Origin: an uncultured delta proteobacterium
GTDB taxonomy: Bacteria > Desulfobacterota > Binatia > HRBIN30 > BPIQ01
Direction of reading: 5' to 3'
Assembly: GCA_963761335.1 (NCBI GenBank)
Contig: CAVXGR010000018.1
Location: forward strand, 448,001 to 512,000
Length of the DNA: 64,000 nt
Each line of letters begins with the position of its first letter. Within the stretch, counting starts at the first letter, position 1. Below are positions 38,629 to 47,586 of this stretch, in pieces. A model generated the notes under the pieces. That model searched no databases. It was not told the origin of the DNA and saw only the letters and a program-made list of their open reading frames with translations. Made by a program: the position numbers and the translations under genes.

Positions 38629-39492
38629 ATGCGGATGGCAGACGTCTCCAAGGCGGTGCTCATCACCGGTTGCTCCACCGGTATCGGTCGGGCCACGGCG
38701 GAGGTTCTTGCCGGCGCGGGCTGGAACGTCTACGCCACGGCGCGCCGGCTGGAGTCGATCGCCGATCTGGCGAGCCGCGGCTGCAAGACTCTGCCCCTCG
38801 ACGTCTGCTCGGAGGAGTCGATGCAGGCGGCGGTTGCCGCCGTCGAGGAGAGGGAGGGCGCCGTTGGCGTGCTGATCAACAACGCCGGCTACGGCCAGGA
38901 AGGCGCCTTCGAGGAGGTCCCGATGGTGGAGGTGCGCCGGCAGTTCGAAACCAACGTCTTCGGACTGGTCCGCCTGACACAGCTCGTCCTGCCGGGCATG
39001 CGCCGGCAGGGCTGGGGCAAGATCGTCAACCTGAGCTCGATCGGCGGCAAGCTGTCGCTTCCCGGCGGCGCCTTCTATCACGCCACCAAGCACGCCGTGG
39101 AGGCGCTGAGCGACGCCCTGCGCTTCGAGGTGCGCGGCTTCGGCGTCGACGTGATCGTCGTCGAGCCGGGCCCCATCAAGACGCGCTTCGGCGATACCGC
39201 CATCGGCAGCATCGACGGCCTGGTCTCCGCCGATTCGCCGTATGCGGCCTTCAACAGTGCCGTCGCCGCCAAGATTCGAGACGCCTACGAGGGGCCGATG
39301 GGGCGGATGGCGGCGCCCCCGGAGGCGGTTGCGCGCGTCATCGCCAAGGCCATCTCGGCGCCGCGACCGCGGTCGCGCTACCTGGTCACGGCCGCGGCGC
39401 GGGTGCTCGTGGGGCTGCGCCGCTGGCTCCCCGACCGCGCCTTCGATGCCTTTCTGAGGACGCAGTTCCGACCACCGTCTCCGGGGCGCTGA
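38629..39492 (+). CDS. Short-chain dehydrogenase/reductase
   Basis: TGCSTGIG, NNAG and YHATK motifs. Confidence 0.92.
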   Translation: MRMADVSKAVLITGCSTGIGRATAEVLAGAGWNVYATARRLESIADLASRGCKTLPLDVCSEESMQAAVAAVEEREGAVGVLINNAGYGQEGAFEEVPMVEVRRQFETNVFGLVRLTQLVLPGMRRQGWGKIVNLSSIGGKLSLPGGAFYHATKHAVEALSDALRFEVRGFGVDVIVVEPGPIKTRFGDTAIGSIDGLVSADSPYAAFNSAVAAKIRDAYEGPMGRMAAPPEAVARVIAKAISAPRPRSRYLVTAAARVLVGLRRWLPDRAFDAFLRTQFRPPSPGR

Positions 39493-39607
39493 GCGGGAGC
39501 GGCCGCGGAGCGCGGCCGCTCTGGCGCCCCGCGTGCGCCTGGTCGACACGGTGCGTTCTCTCCGCAGCGTTTGTGCCGATAGTCCGTTTCGTCTCCCGAT
39601 AGTCGAA

Positions 39608-39639
39608 TTGACGCGTTTGCCTCCAATCGGTAGTAGGGT
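39608..39639 (+). promoter_or_regulatory. Putative promoter of the ACP operon
   Basis: TTGACG-N17-TAGTAGGGT, 5 nt before the ATG; no SD sequence. Confidence 0.45.
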
Positions 39640-39644
39640 CCGAC

Positions 39645-39905
39645 ATGCCCACGCACACTCTCGACGAGATCGTCGACGCCATTGTCACCTTCGTGAATAC
39701 GGAGATCATGGCGCCCGGGCATACGATCGGCTCGACCGACTGTTTCGAGGCGGTCGGCGTCGACTCATTGGCTCTTTTGAAGATGCTGCTGTTCGTGGAA
39801 CGCGAGTTTGGCTTCTTCTTGCCGGACGAGGATCTGGTCGACGGAAACGTCGCTACGGCCACCGCCCTTGGGCAGTACGTCGCCCTCCATTTGGAGCGAG
39901 GCTGA
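39645..39905 (+). CDS. Acyl/peptidyl carrier protein
   Basis: 86-aa acidic protein with phosphopantetheinylation motif GVDSL and VEREFG helix. Confidence 0.88.
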   Translation: MPTHTLDEIVDAIVTFVNTEIMAPGHTIGSTDCFEAVGVDSLALLKMLLFVEREFGFFLPDEDLVDGNVATATALGQYVALHLERG

Positions 39906-39915
39906 GCCGACGACA

Positions 39916-41172
39916 ATGCGGCGGACCCTGACGCTTCTCGGGCCCGATGTGCTGCTACATGCGATGGGCGGCGAACGCCCGAATAACGCCGTATTTGTCG
40001 TGGAGTGCCGCGGGGTCCTGAGTGCCGATCGGGTCCGCCGCGCCCTGGACCAGCTTCTTCCGTACGCACCCTACATGTCGAGCCGGCTCGAGCGTCCCTT
40101 GCCGTGGGGGCGACTGCGCTGGAGAGTCGTGAATGGGCCGCCGCCGCTGGTGCAGCGGCGAATGGGTCCGCGGGAGTCGATCGAGAGCCTCATCGACGAC
40201 GTGCTGAACGAGAGGGTCGACCCGCGACGGCAGGCGTCGCTGCGATTCCTGGTTGTCGAGAGCCATGACGGTGCCCGCAGCTGGTTGGTGCTGGCCTGGG
40301 TGCATCCGCTCATGGATCCCCGCGGGGCGGAGCTGCTGGTCGCCATGCTCAACGCCGTCGATCGCGGCGGCGAGGCCAACGCGTGGGCCGCGAAGCAGAT
40401 GGTGGAGCCGCCGGCGGAGCCGCACAGCCCGCGGAGCCACGGCCGCTTGGCGGAGCGGGCGCGCGCCCAGATCAAAGCGGTTGGTCGCTATCCGGTGACC
40501 TCTCTCGGCCGCAGTGCCACGGGTGCGGGTCGCCTGCGGCACCGTCGGCTCGTCGTGCCGGCCGTGAAGCGTCAGCTGCCCTTGACTCTGGCTCTGGTGG
40601 GGCATGCGGTGGCGGAGTTGCACCGCGAACGCGGTCTCCAAGCCGATCAGCCGTTCCTCGTGCCCATCTCCGTCGATCGGCGTCGCAAGGGAGAGCCCGG
40701 TCCGGTCTTCGGCAACTATCTGTCGTTTCACTTTGCCCGCTTTACCCCGGCGGCGGCAGAGGACGTCGCGGCCACGGCGTCGGCGATCCGCCGCGACATG
40801 GTCGAGGCGCTGCGCGCCGACTTGGTGGAGGCACTCTGGCTCGGGATGAGCTACTCGCGTTACTCGCCGCCGTGTCAGCTCATGCGCCCTTTCCGGGGTG
40901 GGGGGCTGGCGTCCTTCAACTGTGCCGACACGGGCGAGATTCGCCCATCACTGACGACGTTGCTCGGTGCGCATGTGGGCGGTGCCTATCACGCCCCCTG
41001 CGTGCAACCGCAGCCGGGATTGGGGATCTTCTTCAGTCGCTTTGGCGAGACGGAGAGCATCGTCGCCGTCTCTCTCGACGATGTCGTGACCGGGGCCGAG
41101 ATCGACCGGCTGCTGGAGAACGTTGAAAGCCGCCTGGCGGCACTCCGCTCGAGCGCGATCCATGAAAACTGA
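39916..41172 (+). CDS. Stand-alone condensation-domain-like (CAT-fold) acyltransferase
   Basis: LAWVHPLMDPRG resembles HHxxxDG; VPISVDRR...FGNY resembles C-domain/PapA5-type motifs. Confidence 0.65.
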   Translation: MRRTLTLLGPDVLLHAMGGERPNNAVFVVECRGVLSADRVRRALDQLLPYAPYMSSRLERPLPWGRLRWRVVNGPPPLVQRRMGPRESIESLIDDVLNERVDPRRQASLRFLVVESHDGARSWLVLAWVHPLMDPRGAELLVAMLNAVDRGGEANAWAAKQMVEPPAEPHSPRSHGRLAERARAQIKAVGRYPVTSLGRSATGAGRLRHRRLVVPAVKRQLPLTLALVGHAVAELHRERGLQADQPFLVPISVDRRRKGEPGPVFGNYLSFHFARFTPAAAEDVAATASAIRRDMVEALRADLVEALWLGMSYSRYSPPCQLMRPFRGGGLASFNCADTGEIRPSLTTLLGAHVGGAYHAPCVQPQPGLGIFFSRFGETESIVAVSLDDVVTGAEIDRLLENVESRLAALRSSAIHEN

Positions 41173-42364
41173 GCAATGCGATGTGCTCGTCGTCGGCGGA
41201 GGGACCGCAGGGGTTGCGGCCGCGGTCGCGGCGGCCCGCGCCGGCGCGCAGACGCGCTTGATCGAGCGCTATGGCTTCCTCGGAGGGATGGCCACAGCGG
41301 GAATGGTGGGCACCATCTGCGGGCTCTATGCGACGGGTTCGGCGGAGCCGCCTCGACTCCTGAACGAGGGCATTGCCGGCGAAGTGGAGGCGCGGCTGCG
41401 GGCGACCGGTTCCGCGCCGACCCGGCGTGGTCGCACGGTGTTGCTGCCCTACGTGCCCCTCACATTGGCGGCCATCCTCGACGATCTCTTGGCCTGCGAG
41501 CCCGGGCTCCGGGCGAGCTTGCACGCAACCTGCGCGGGGTGCGGCGCCACGCCGGACCGTATCGACAGCGTGCGCTGCGTCAGCTGGCGCGGGACGGAGG
41601 AGGTGGTGCCGCGGGTGGTGGTCGACGCGAGCGGTGACGCCATCGTCGCCTGGCATGCCCGACTCCAGACGGAAACCCCCGACGCCGCGAGGCGGCAGCT
41701 GGCGTCGTTGGTCTTCGTGTTCCAGGGCGTCGTCGATGGCACGATCGGTCGGGCGCGGTCGATAGCGGTCCTCCGCGCTCTGGTCGAGGCGGAGCAGCGG
41801 GCCGAGTTGCCTGCCGGTTGCCGGCTGATGAGCTTTCGGGCGTCGGGCCGACCAGGGGAGGTGGTGGCGAAGCTGGCGCTTGACGAGCTTGGCGACCCCG
41901 GAACGGCCGACGATCTCACGCATGCGGAGCGCATCGGTCGACAACGGGTGCGCGCCATAGAGGAATTCCTCGTCCGCCGCGTTCCGGGATTCGAACGCGC
42001 CTTCGTGTCGCACACCGCTCCGCAGGTGGGCGTGCGCGAGAGCCGGCGTTTCGTCGGCCGCGAGCATCTGAGGCGCGAAGACGTGATCGGGGCGCGCAAG
42101 CGAAGCGACGGGGTTGCTCGTGCGGCGTGGCCCATCGAGCTCTGGGAGGCGGGCGGCGACGGCGCCCGCTACGAATACCTTCCCGACGACGACTGGTATG
42201 ACGTGCCGCGCGGTTGCCTCGAACACGTGACCTGCACCAACCTGATCGGCGTTGGCCGGTGCATGAGTGCCACGCACGAAGCCATCGGGTCGGCGCGGGT
42301 CATTGGCACCTGTCTTGCCGCCGGCGAGTCTGCGGGAAGACTGGCGGCCGAACGGGCTCGATGA
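41162..42364 (+). CDS. FAD-dependent oxidoreductase (FAD_oxidored family)
   Basis: VVGGGTAG, ERYGFLGGMAT, DASGDA, VGVRESRR and GRCMSATHEA motifs. Confidence 0.88.
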   Translation: MKTEQCDVLVVGGGTAGVAAAVAAARAGAQTRLIERYGFLGGMATAGMVGTICGLYATGSAEPPRLLNEGIAGEVEARLRATGSAPTRRGRTVLLPYVPLTLAAILDDLLACEPGLRASLHATCAGCGATPDRIDSVRCVSWRGTEEVVPRVVVDASGDAIVAWHARLQTETPDAARRQLASLVFVFQGVVDGTIGRARSIAVLRALVEAEQRAELPAGCRLMSFRASGRPGEVVAKLALDELGDPGTADDLTHAERIGRQRVRAIEEFLVRRVPGFERAFVSHTAPQVGVRESRRFVGREHLRREDVIGARKRSDGVARAAWPIELWEAGGDGARYEYLPDDDWYDVPRGCLEHVTCTNLIGVGRCMSATHEAIGSARVIGTCLAAGESAGRLAAERAR

Positions 42365-43761
42365 ATCTCTTCGATGTCCTCGTCCACACCGCTGACCGCT
42401 ACGGTGGGCGGCCGGCGCTCTCCGATGTCGCCAGTGGGGTGACCCTCCGCTACAGAGACGTGTTGGGTATGGCCGAGCACGCGGCTCGCCTGATGCGCTT
42501 GCAGGGCGTAGAGCCCCGGCAGCGAGTGGCCCTGGTTGCCGGTACGACGCTGGCGCACGTGCCCACCGCTTTTGGCATCCTCGCGAGCGGCGCGTGCGTC
42601 GTGCCGATCGCGCCTGCGCTTCGCCCCGCCGAAATTGACGCTGTTCTCGCGGAGACGGACGTGAATGCCATCGTGCGTCTTCGCGAGGGTGAGCCGGTCT
42701 TCGAGTGGGTCGACCGCGGGCGTCGGGGAGCGGACGGCTTCGAGGCTCTCGATCCCGCCTTCGTGCGCTTCACTTCGGGTACCACCGCCACCCACAAAGG
42801 TGTGATCCTCGAACATGCCGAGGTGGCGGCGCGCGTGGCGAGTGCGGATCAGGTATTGAAGCTGGAGGCGGATGATCGGGTGCTGTGGACCCTGCCGCTC
42901 GCGTATCATTTCGCCGTGACCATCGTGTCATACGTGCGCGCCGGTGCCCACGTGCTGCTCTCCAGCGACATGCTTCCGGGCCCGCTCGTCGATGCATGTG
43001 ACCAGCACCGGGCGACGGTCCTGTATGGGTCGCCGATCCAATTCGAGCGGATGGCACGAGCAGCACGCGGCCGGCCCCGGGCGGCCGTTCGGATCGCCCT
43101 GTCGACGGCGACGGCACTGCCAGCGCCGGTCGCCGAGAGGTTCGAGACGGCCTATGGCGTCCCTCTTGGACAGGCCTACGGCATCATCGAAGCCGGCTTG
43201 CCGTGCATCAATCTGCGCGCCGGTGGCGTGCCGGCAACGAGCGTGGGCAGGCCCGCCCCGGGGTACGAGGTGATGGTTGTCGCCGATCACGGGTCCGCGC
43301 TCGCGAACGGCCAAATCGGCGAAGTCGCCGTCCGCGGCGCCGGAATGTTCCGGGGCTACTATCGGCCGTGGCGTCCCCGCGAGGCGCTATTGCGCGACGG
43401 CTGGTTCATGACGGGCGACCTGGGCACCGTTGACGCCGCGGGCTGTCTGACTCTCTGTGGACGGACGAAGTCGACCATCATCGTGGCTGGCATGAAGGTC
43501 TTTCCGGAGGAAGTCGAGGCGGTGCTCGATCGCCAAGCCGGAGTGCGCGAATCGCGCGTCGTCGGCCGCGCGCATGCGCGCCTGGGCGAAGTGCCCTGCG
43601 CCGAGATCGTGCCCGAGCCTGGGGTCGTTCCCGACGTGCGCCGGCTCGCGGCGGCATGTGCCGAGGTGCTCTCGACCTACAAGGTTCCGATCGAGTTCCG
43701 TCTGGTGGCGGCGATTCCTCACACGCCCGGGGGAAAGATCCGACGGGGGAGCTCCCGATAG
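42361..43761 (+). CDS. Adenylate-forming acyl-CoA/ACP ligase
   Basis: FTSGTTATHKG, AYGIIEAG, WFMTGD and PHTPGGKI motifs; ATGA overlap with the upstream gene. Confidence 0.88.
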   Translation: MNLFDVLVHTADRYGGRPALSDVASGVTLRYRDVLGMAEHAARLMRLQGVEPRQRVALVAGTTLAHVPTAFGILASGACVVPIAPALRPAEIDAVLAETDVNAIVRLREGEPVFEWVDRGRRGADGFEALDPAFVRFTSGTTATHKGVILEHAEVAARVASADQVLKLEADDRVLWTLPLAYHFAVTIVSYVRAGAHVLLSSDMLPGPLVDACDQHRATVLYGSPIQFERMARAARGRPRAAVRIALSTATALPAPVAERFETAYGVPLGQAYGIIEAGLPCINLRAGGVPATSVGRPAPGYEVMVVADHGSALANGQIGEVAVRGAGMFRGYYRPWRPREALLRDGWFMTGDLGTVDAAGCLTLCGRTKSTIIVAGMKVFPEEVEAVLDRQAGVRESRVVGRAHARLGEVPCAEIVPEPGVVPDVRRLAAACAEVLSTYKVPIEFRLVAAIPHTPGGKIRRGSSR

Positions 43762-43785
43762 CGTCGATCGGACCGCTATTGTCAC

Positions 43786-45114
43786 GTGGGCCCTCGCATG
43801 GATAGAGATAGGGGCGTGCCAGCGGGAAAAGCATTTCGCGTCGCCATCGTCGGCAGTGGGCCGGCTGGATCGGCGCTTGCGGCTCTCCTCGCATCGGCCG
43901 GCGCCGATGTCGTGTTGTTTGCGGACGATCGGCGCCGGGACCCGGCCGTGGGCGAATCGCTCATTCCCGACGTGGTTCCGTTGCTGCGCCGGCTTGGCGT
44001 CGAGGAGGAGGTGGCGGCGATCAGCCAGCGCAAGCCGGGGGTCACCTTCGACTGGAGCGCCGGCTTCCAGGTGTCGTTCCGCTTCGGCCGGTTTTCCGGC
44101 AGGATGATTCCGTACGCGTACAACGTTCCTCGGCCGCAGTTCGAAGAAATACTGCAGACCCGAGCCGTCGCCGCCGGCGCCCGTCTCGTCCGGGCGCGCG
44201 CTCGTCTCACGCGCGGACCGTCGGACGGCCCAGAGGTCGTCCTCGACGCGTCCGCCCGCGCTGTCGTCGACTGGGGCCCTGACCACCCGAATCTGATTGT
44301 CGACGCCACAGGGCGCAGTCGGATGGTCACCCGGCTGCTCGATATACCGGCGCGGCTCGGCCCGCGCGATGACGTGGCGCATTTCGCGCATTACACCGGC
44401 CACGACTGGAATGCGCCCCCCGGCCAGGTCATCATCGGTCGAGTGAGCGGCGGCTGGAGCTGGCAAATACCGCTTCCCGACCGACTGTCCGTCGGTGTGG
44501 TGCTCAATCGCGGCATCGCCGCCGGGCTCGGTGCGACGCCGGAGGCTCGACTGGACGCGGCGATCGCGTCGGCCCCGGACCTGGCGAGGACTCTGCGGGC
44601 GGCGCGAAGGATGGGCGAGGTTGCGACCTATGCCAATTATCAGCTGATCACCAGCCGCGGTAGCGGGCGCGGTTGGGTCGCCGTCGGCGACGCCTTTGGC
44701 TTCGTCGATCCGATGCTGTCTCCGGGGGTATCGGTTGCGCTGCGCTCTGCGGAAATTCTCGCAGACACGCTCGCCCCCGTGCTCGACGCCGCAGGTCGCG
44801 AGCCTGCCGACCGCGCCCCGGAAGCGGACTTGCATGGCTACACGAGTAAGATGACGGTCCTGCTCGATGCGTGGATGGAGCTCATCGAGTATCTCTACGA
44901 CGGGCGCATGCTGGCCCTTGTCCAGTCGGGGCTCGACATGATGGGCGAGCGCCGCGATCGACTCGCTCTTCTGGTACAAAATACGGTCGAAAAAAATGTG
45001 GCGCTCCTGGCTACCGGCACGGCGATCACATCGCGCTATCGCCGAGGGTTTCTGCGTTTTCTGAGTCGCCACGGGCTCCGCGGCGTCGATCCCCGCGCCT
45101 TCGCAATCCGCTGA
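43786..45114 (+). CDS. Flavin-dependent halogenase-like enzyme (carrier-protein-dependent type)
   Basis: GSGPAG, VGESL, Lys in QRKPG, WSWQIP (WxWxIP) and GDAFGFVDPMLSPG. Start uncertain (43786-43816). Confidence 0.8.
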   Translation: MGPRMDRDRGVPAGKAFRVAIVGSGPAGSALAALLASAGADVVLFADDRRRDPAVGESLIPDVVPLLRRLGVEEEVAAISQRKPGVTFDWSAGFQVSFRFGRFSGRMIPYAYNVPRPQFEEILQTRAVAAGARLVRARARLTRGPSDGPEVVLDASARAVVDWGPDHPNLIVDATGRSRMVTRLLDIPARLGPRDDVAHFAHYTGHDWNAPPGQVIIGRVSGGWSWQIPLPDRLSVGVVLNRGIAAGLGATPEARLDAAIASAPDLARTLRAARRMGEVATYANYQLITSRGSGRGWVAVGDAFGFVDPMLSPGVSVALRSAEILADTLAPVLDAAGREPADRAPEADLHGYTSKMTVLLDAWMELIEYLYDGRMLALVQSGLDMMGERRDRLALLVQNTVEKNVALLATGTAITSRYRRGFLRFLSRHGLRGVDPRAFAIR

Positions 45115-45127
45115 CGCTCGGCGGCGC

Positions 45128-46009
45128 TCAAGCGCGCCGCACGGCGTGGATCAAGCGTATGGGCATTCCGTCTTCGTCTGCACGAAGATCGAATCCATGG
45201 GCGTCGAGCCACGCGGCGACGTCTCGGCGGTGCCACGAGGCGGCGAAGGGTTCGTACATGGTGCGCGCCAGAAGCCAGAAGTAGAGGCCAACCAGGCCAT
45301 GGTTGCGCGTGAAGCGACCCAGCTGGTTCGGCTGAAACTGGAGCGGCGAGGGTTCCGCGATGATGAGCTTGCCGCCCGGGGTCAGAATCCGATGGAGCTC
45401 TGCGAGTGCCCGGTTGCCGGCTCGTGTAGGCATTTCGTGAAAGACAAAGCAGACCCCGGCCCCATCGAAGCGCGCCGCCGGGAATCCGTTTTCCTCGGCA
45501 GTCCCTTGCACGAAATGGGCGCCGGGATGTCGCCTTGCCGCCTCGCGGAGCAGAAAGGGTGACGGGTCGAGGCCCCACACTTCCGGCACGCCGTTCGCCA
45601 GCAATGCGCCGGCGAGCGCTCCCGCTCCGCAGCCCACGTCGAGCGCCGCCCGGCATTCGCGCAATGCGTGCGCGATCGTCACCCGTGCGCGTCGCGCACG
45701 TCCAAGCATGATGAAGTCAAAGCAGCGGGTGTACCCGGCGACGATGCGCTTTGAGTAGTTGCCGTTGGGAAGGTGGTGAAACTCGCGCCGCAGGTACGCG
45801 GGAATGCGGTCGGCGCCCGGTAGGTCGGCGGGGATCTCGACGCGCCGCCGACGCCCGAGGAAGCGCCGCAGCAGGATCGCCAGATCGCGTGGAGACGCCA
45901 GGTTCAGCTGGTCCGGCCAGCCACCCGGCAGCGAGATCGTCCTCCAGTCGATCCGCTCGCGATTGTCGGCTGACGCCTCGGAGCTCGTGGGTGCGCACTC
46001 TGGCGACAT
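45128..46009 (-). CDS. Class I SAM-dependent methyltransferase
   Basis: LDVGCGAG, GLDPSP, FVFHEMP and LTPGG motifs. Confidence 0.85.
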   Translation of the reverse strand: MSPECAPTSSEASADNRERIDWRTISLPGGWPDQLNLASPRDLAILLRRFLGRRRRVEIPADLPGADRIPAYLRREFHHLPNGNYSKRIVAGYTRCFDFIMLGRARRARVTIAHALRECRAALDVGCGAGALAGALLANGVPEVWGLDPSPFLLREAARRHPGAHFVQGTAEENGFPAARFDGAGVCFVFHEMPTRAGNRALAELHRILTPGGKLIIAEPSPLQFQPNQLGRFTRNHGLVGLYFWLLARTMYEPFAASWHRRDVAAWLDAHGFDLRADEDGMPIRLIHAVRRA

Positions 46010-46017
46010 GACTGCCC

Positions 46018-46048
46018 ATTCTACTAGTACGGCATACGACCTTGTCAA
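46018..46048 (-). promoter_or_regulatory. Putative sigma70 promoter of the methyltransferase (near-leaderless)
   Basis: Minus strand TTGACA-N19-TAGAAT, 8 nt before ATG 46009. Confidence 0.55.
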
Positions 46049-46119
46049 CGTTGCCACTCCACCCTGCCGGGCACTGCATTCTGCTGGACGAAGGTTGAGT
46101 GCCTCGCTATACGGGTGCC

Positions 46120-47571
46120 ATGCCTGGCCAGACCATTGTCTTCGTCGAGCCGCCGTACGTGTGCTGGGACAGGCGCATGGATCGCGTCCGCGAGGGCGAG
46201 GAGGAGATTCCAGGCATCGGCACGCTGGTTCTCGCCGCCGTCGCGCGCCAGCGAGGTCACACGGTTTACATCGTGGACGGCAAGCGAGCCGGGAAGCCGC
46301 TCGACGATGTCGTGGCGTCGGTGGTTGCCCTTCGGCCGGACCATGTCGGCATCAGCGCCACGACAATTTCCATTACCAATGCGGCGTCCATCGCCACGCG
46401 CCTCAAGGAACAGGTCCCTGGCGTCGTGGTCACCGTCGGCGGGCCGCACGTGAGCGCCATCCCGGAATCGACGCTGCAGCGCTTCGCGGGCTTTGACTAC
46501 GGAATCATCGGCGAAGGCGAACGGTCGTACTTCGCGCTCATCGACGCGCTGGCGTCTGCTGCGCCGCTGCGCGGCGTACCCGGGCTGGTGTATCGCGAGG
46601 GTGGCGCTGTCTGTAAGAACCCGGCAGCGCCGTATCTCGACGGAAACGACCTCGACCAACTCCCGGAGCCCGCCTGGGACCTGGTGGCGGACTTCCCGTT
46701 GCGGTTCCAGCCGAACGTGTTCAACTACCGTGCGACGCCCGTTGCCAGCCTGGTGACGTCGCGTGGCTGCCCGTTCTCCTGCACCTTCTGCGATCGTTCG
46801 ACGTCCGGACGCAGAGGTCGCTTCCACGGCGTCGATTACGTGATGCGCCTTTGCCACGACCTCGTGGAGCGGGGGGTGCGACACGTGCTCTTTTACGACG
46901 ACCTCTTCACCGTGAACCGGCCGCGCGTCGTCGAGCTGTGCGAGCGTTTCCTCGAGGCCGGCTTCAAGTTCACCTGGAGCTGCAACAGCCATCCGAACCT
47001 CCTCGACCCGAAGACCCTCCAGCTCATGCGCCGCGCCGGCTGTTGGCAGATCGCCTACGGCATCGAATCGGGCTCGCAGCGAGTCCTCGACGTCGTCAAG
47101 CACGAGGTGCGCATCCCGCGCATGCTGGAGACCCTCCGCCAGACGCGCGCCGCCGGCATTCGCGTCAAGGGCCTCCTGATGATGGCGCATCCCACCGAGG
47201 ACGAGGCGAGCCTCGCCGAGACGGTGGAATTTCTGCGCACGGCGCCGATCGATCTCGCCCAGATCACCAAGTTCACCCCGTACCCCGGGACTCCCTCCTA
47301 CGCGACCGTGCGCGAGCGCGGCACGTTCAACGAGGACTGGGAGCGCATGAATGCCATGAACTGGGTGTTCGTGCCGAACGGGCTGACACCCGAGGTGCTC
47401 GAGCGTTATTTCCGGCTGGCGTATCGAACGTTCTATTCGCGTCCTGACGTGCTGTGGGGCCTGGCCAAAACGCTGGCGGGCGAGCCGCGGTTTCTGGGGC
47501 GGTTTGCGACCTATGTGCGGGTGGGGATGCGTGACTGGGTGCGCACGCCGACCGCATCGGCGTCGGTGTGA
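46120..47571 (+). CDS. Cobalamin-binding radical SAM enzyme (class B methyltransferase-like)
   Basis: N-terminal B12-binding region (VGGPHVS, GEGE), SRGCPFSCTFC, GIESGSQRVL and PYPGT. Confidence 0.9.
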   Translation: MPGQTIVFVEPPYVCWDRRMDRVREGEEEIPGIGTLVLAAVARQRGHTVYIVDGKRAGKPLDDVVASVVALRPDHVGISATTISITNAASIATRLKEQVPGVVVTVGGPHVSAIPESTLQRFAGFDYGIIGEGERSYFALIDALASAAPLRGVPGLVYREGGAVCKNPAAPYLDGNDLDQLPEPAWDLVADFPLRFQPNVFNYRATPVASLVTSRGCPFSCTFCDRSTSGRRGRFHGVDYVMRLCHDLVERGVRHVLFYDDLFTVNRPRVVELCERFLEAGFKFTWSCNSHPNLLDPKTLQLMRRAGCWQIAYGIESGSQRVLDVVKHEVRIPRMLETLRQTRAAGIRVKGLLMMAHPTEDEASLAETVEFLRTAPIDLAQITKFTPYPGTPSYATVRERGTFNEDWERMNAMNWVFVPNGLTPEVLERYFRLAYRTFYSRPDVLWGLAKTLAGEPRFLGRFATYVRVGMRDWVRTPTASASV

Positions 47572-47586
47572 TCGCCCGGCTCTCTC

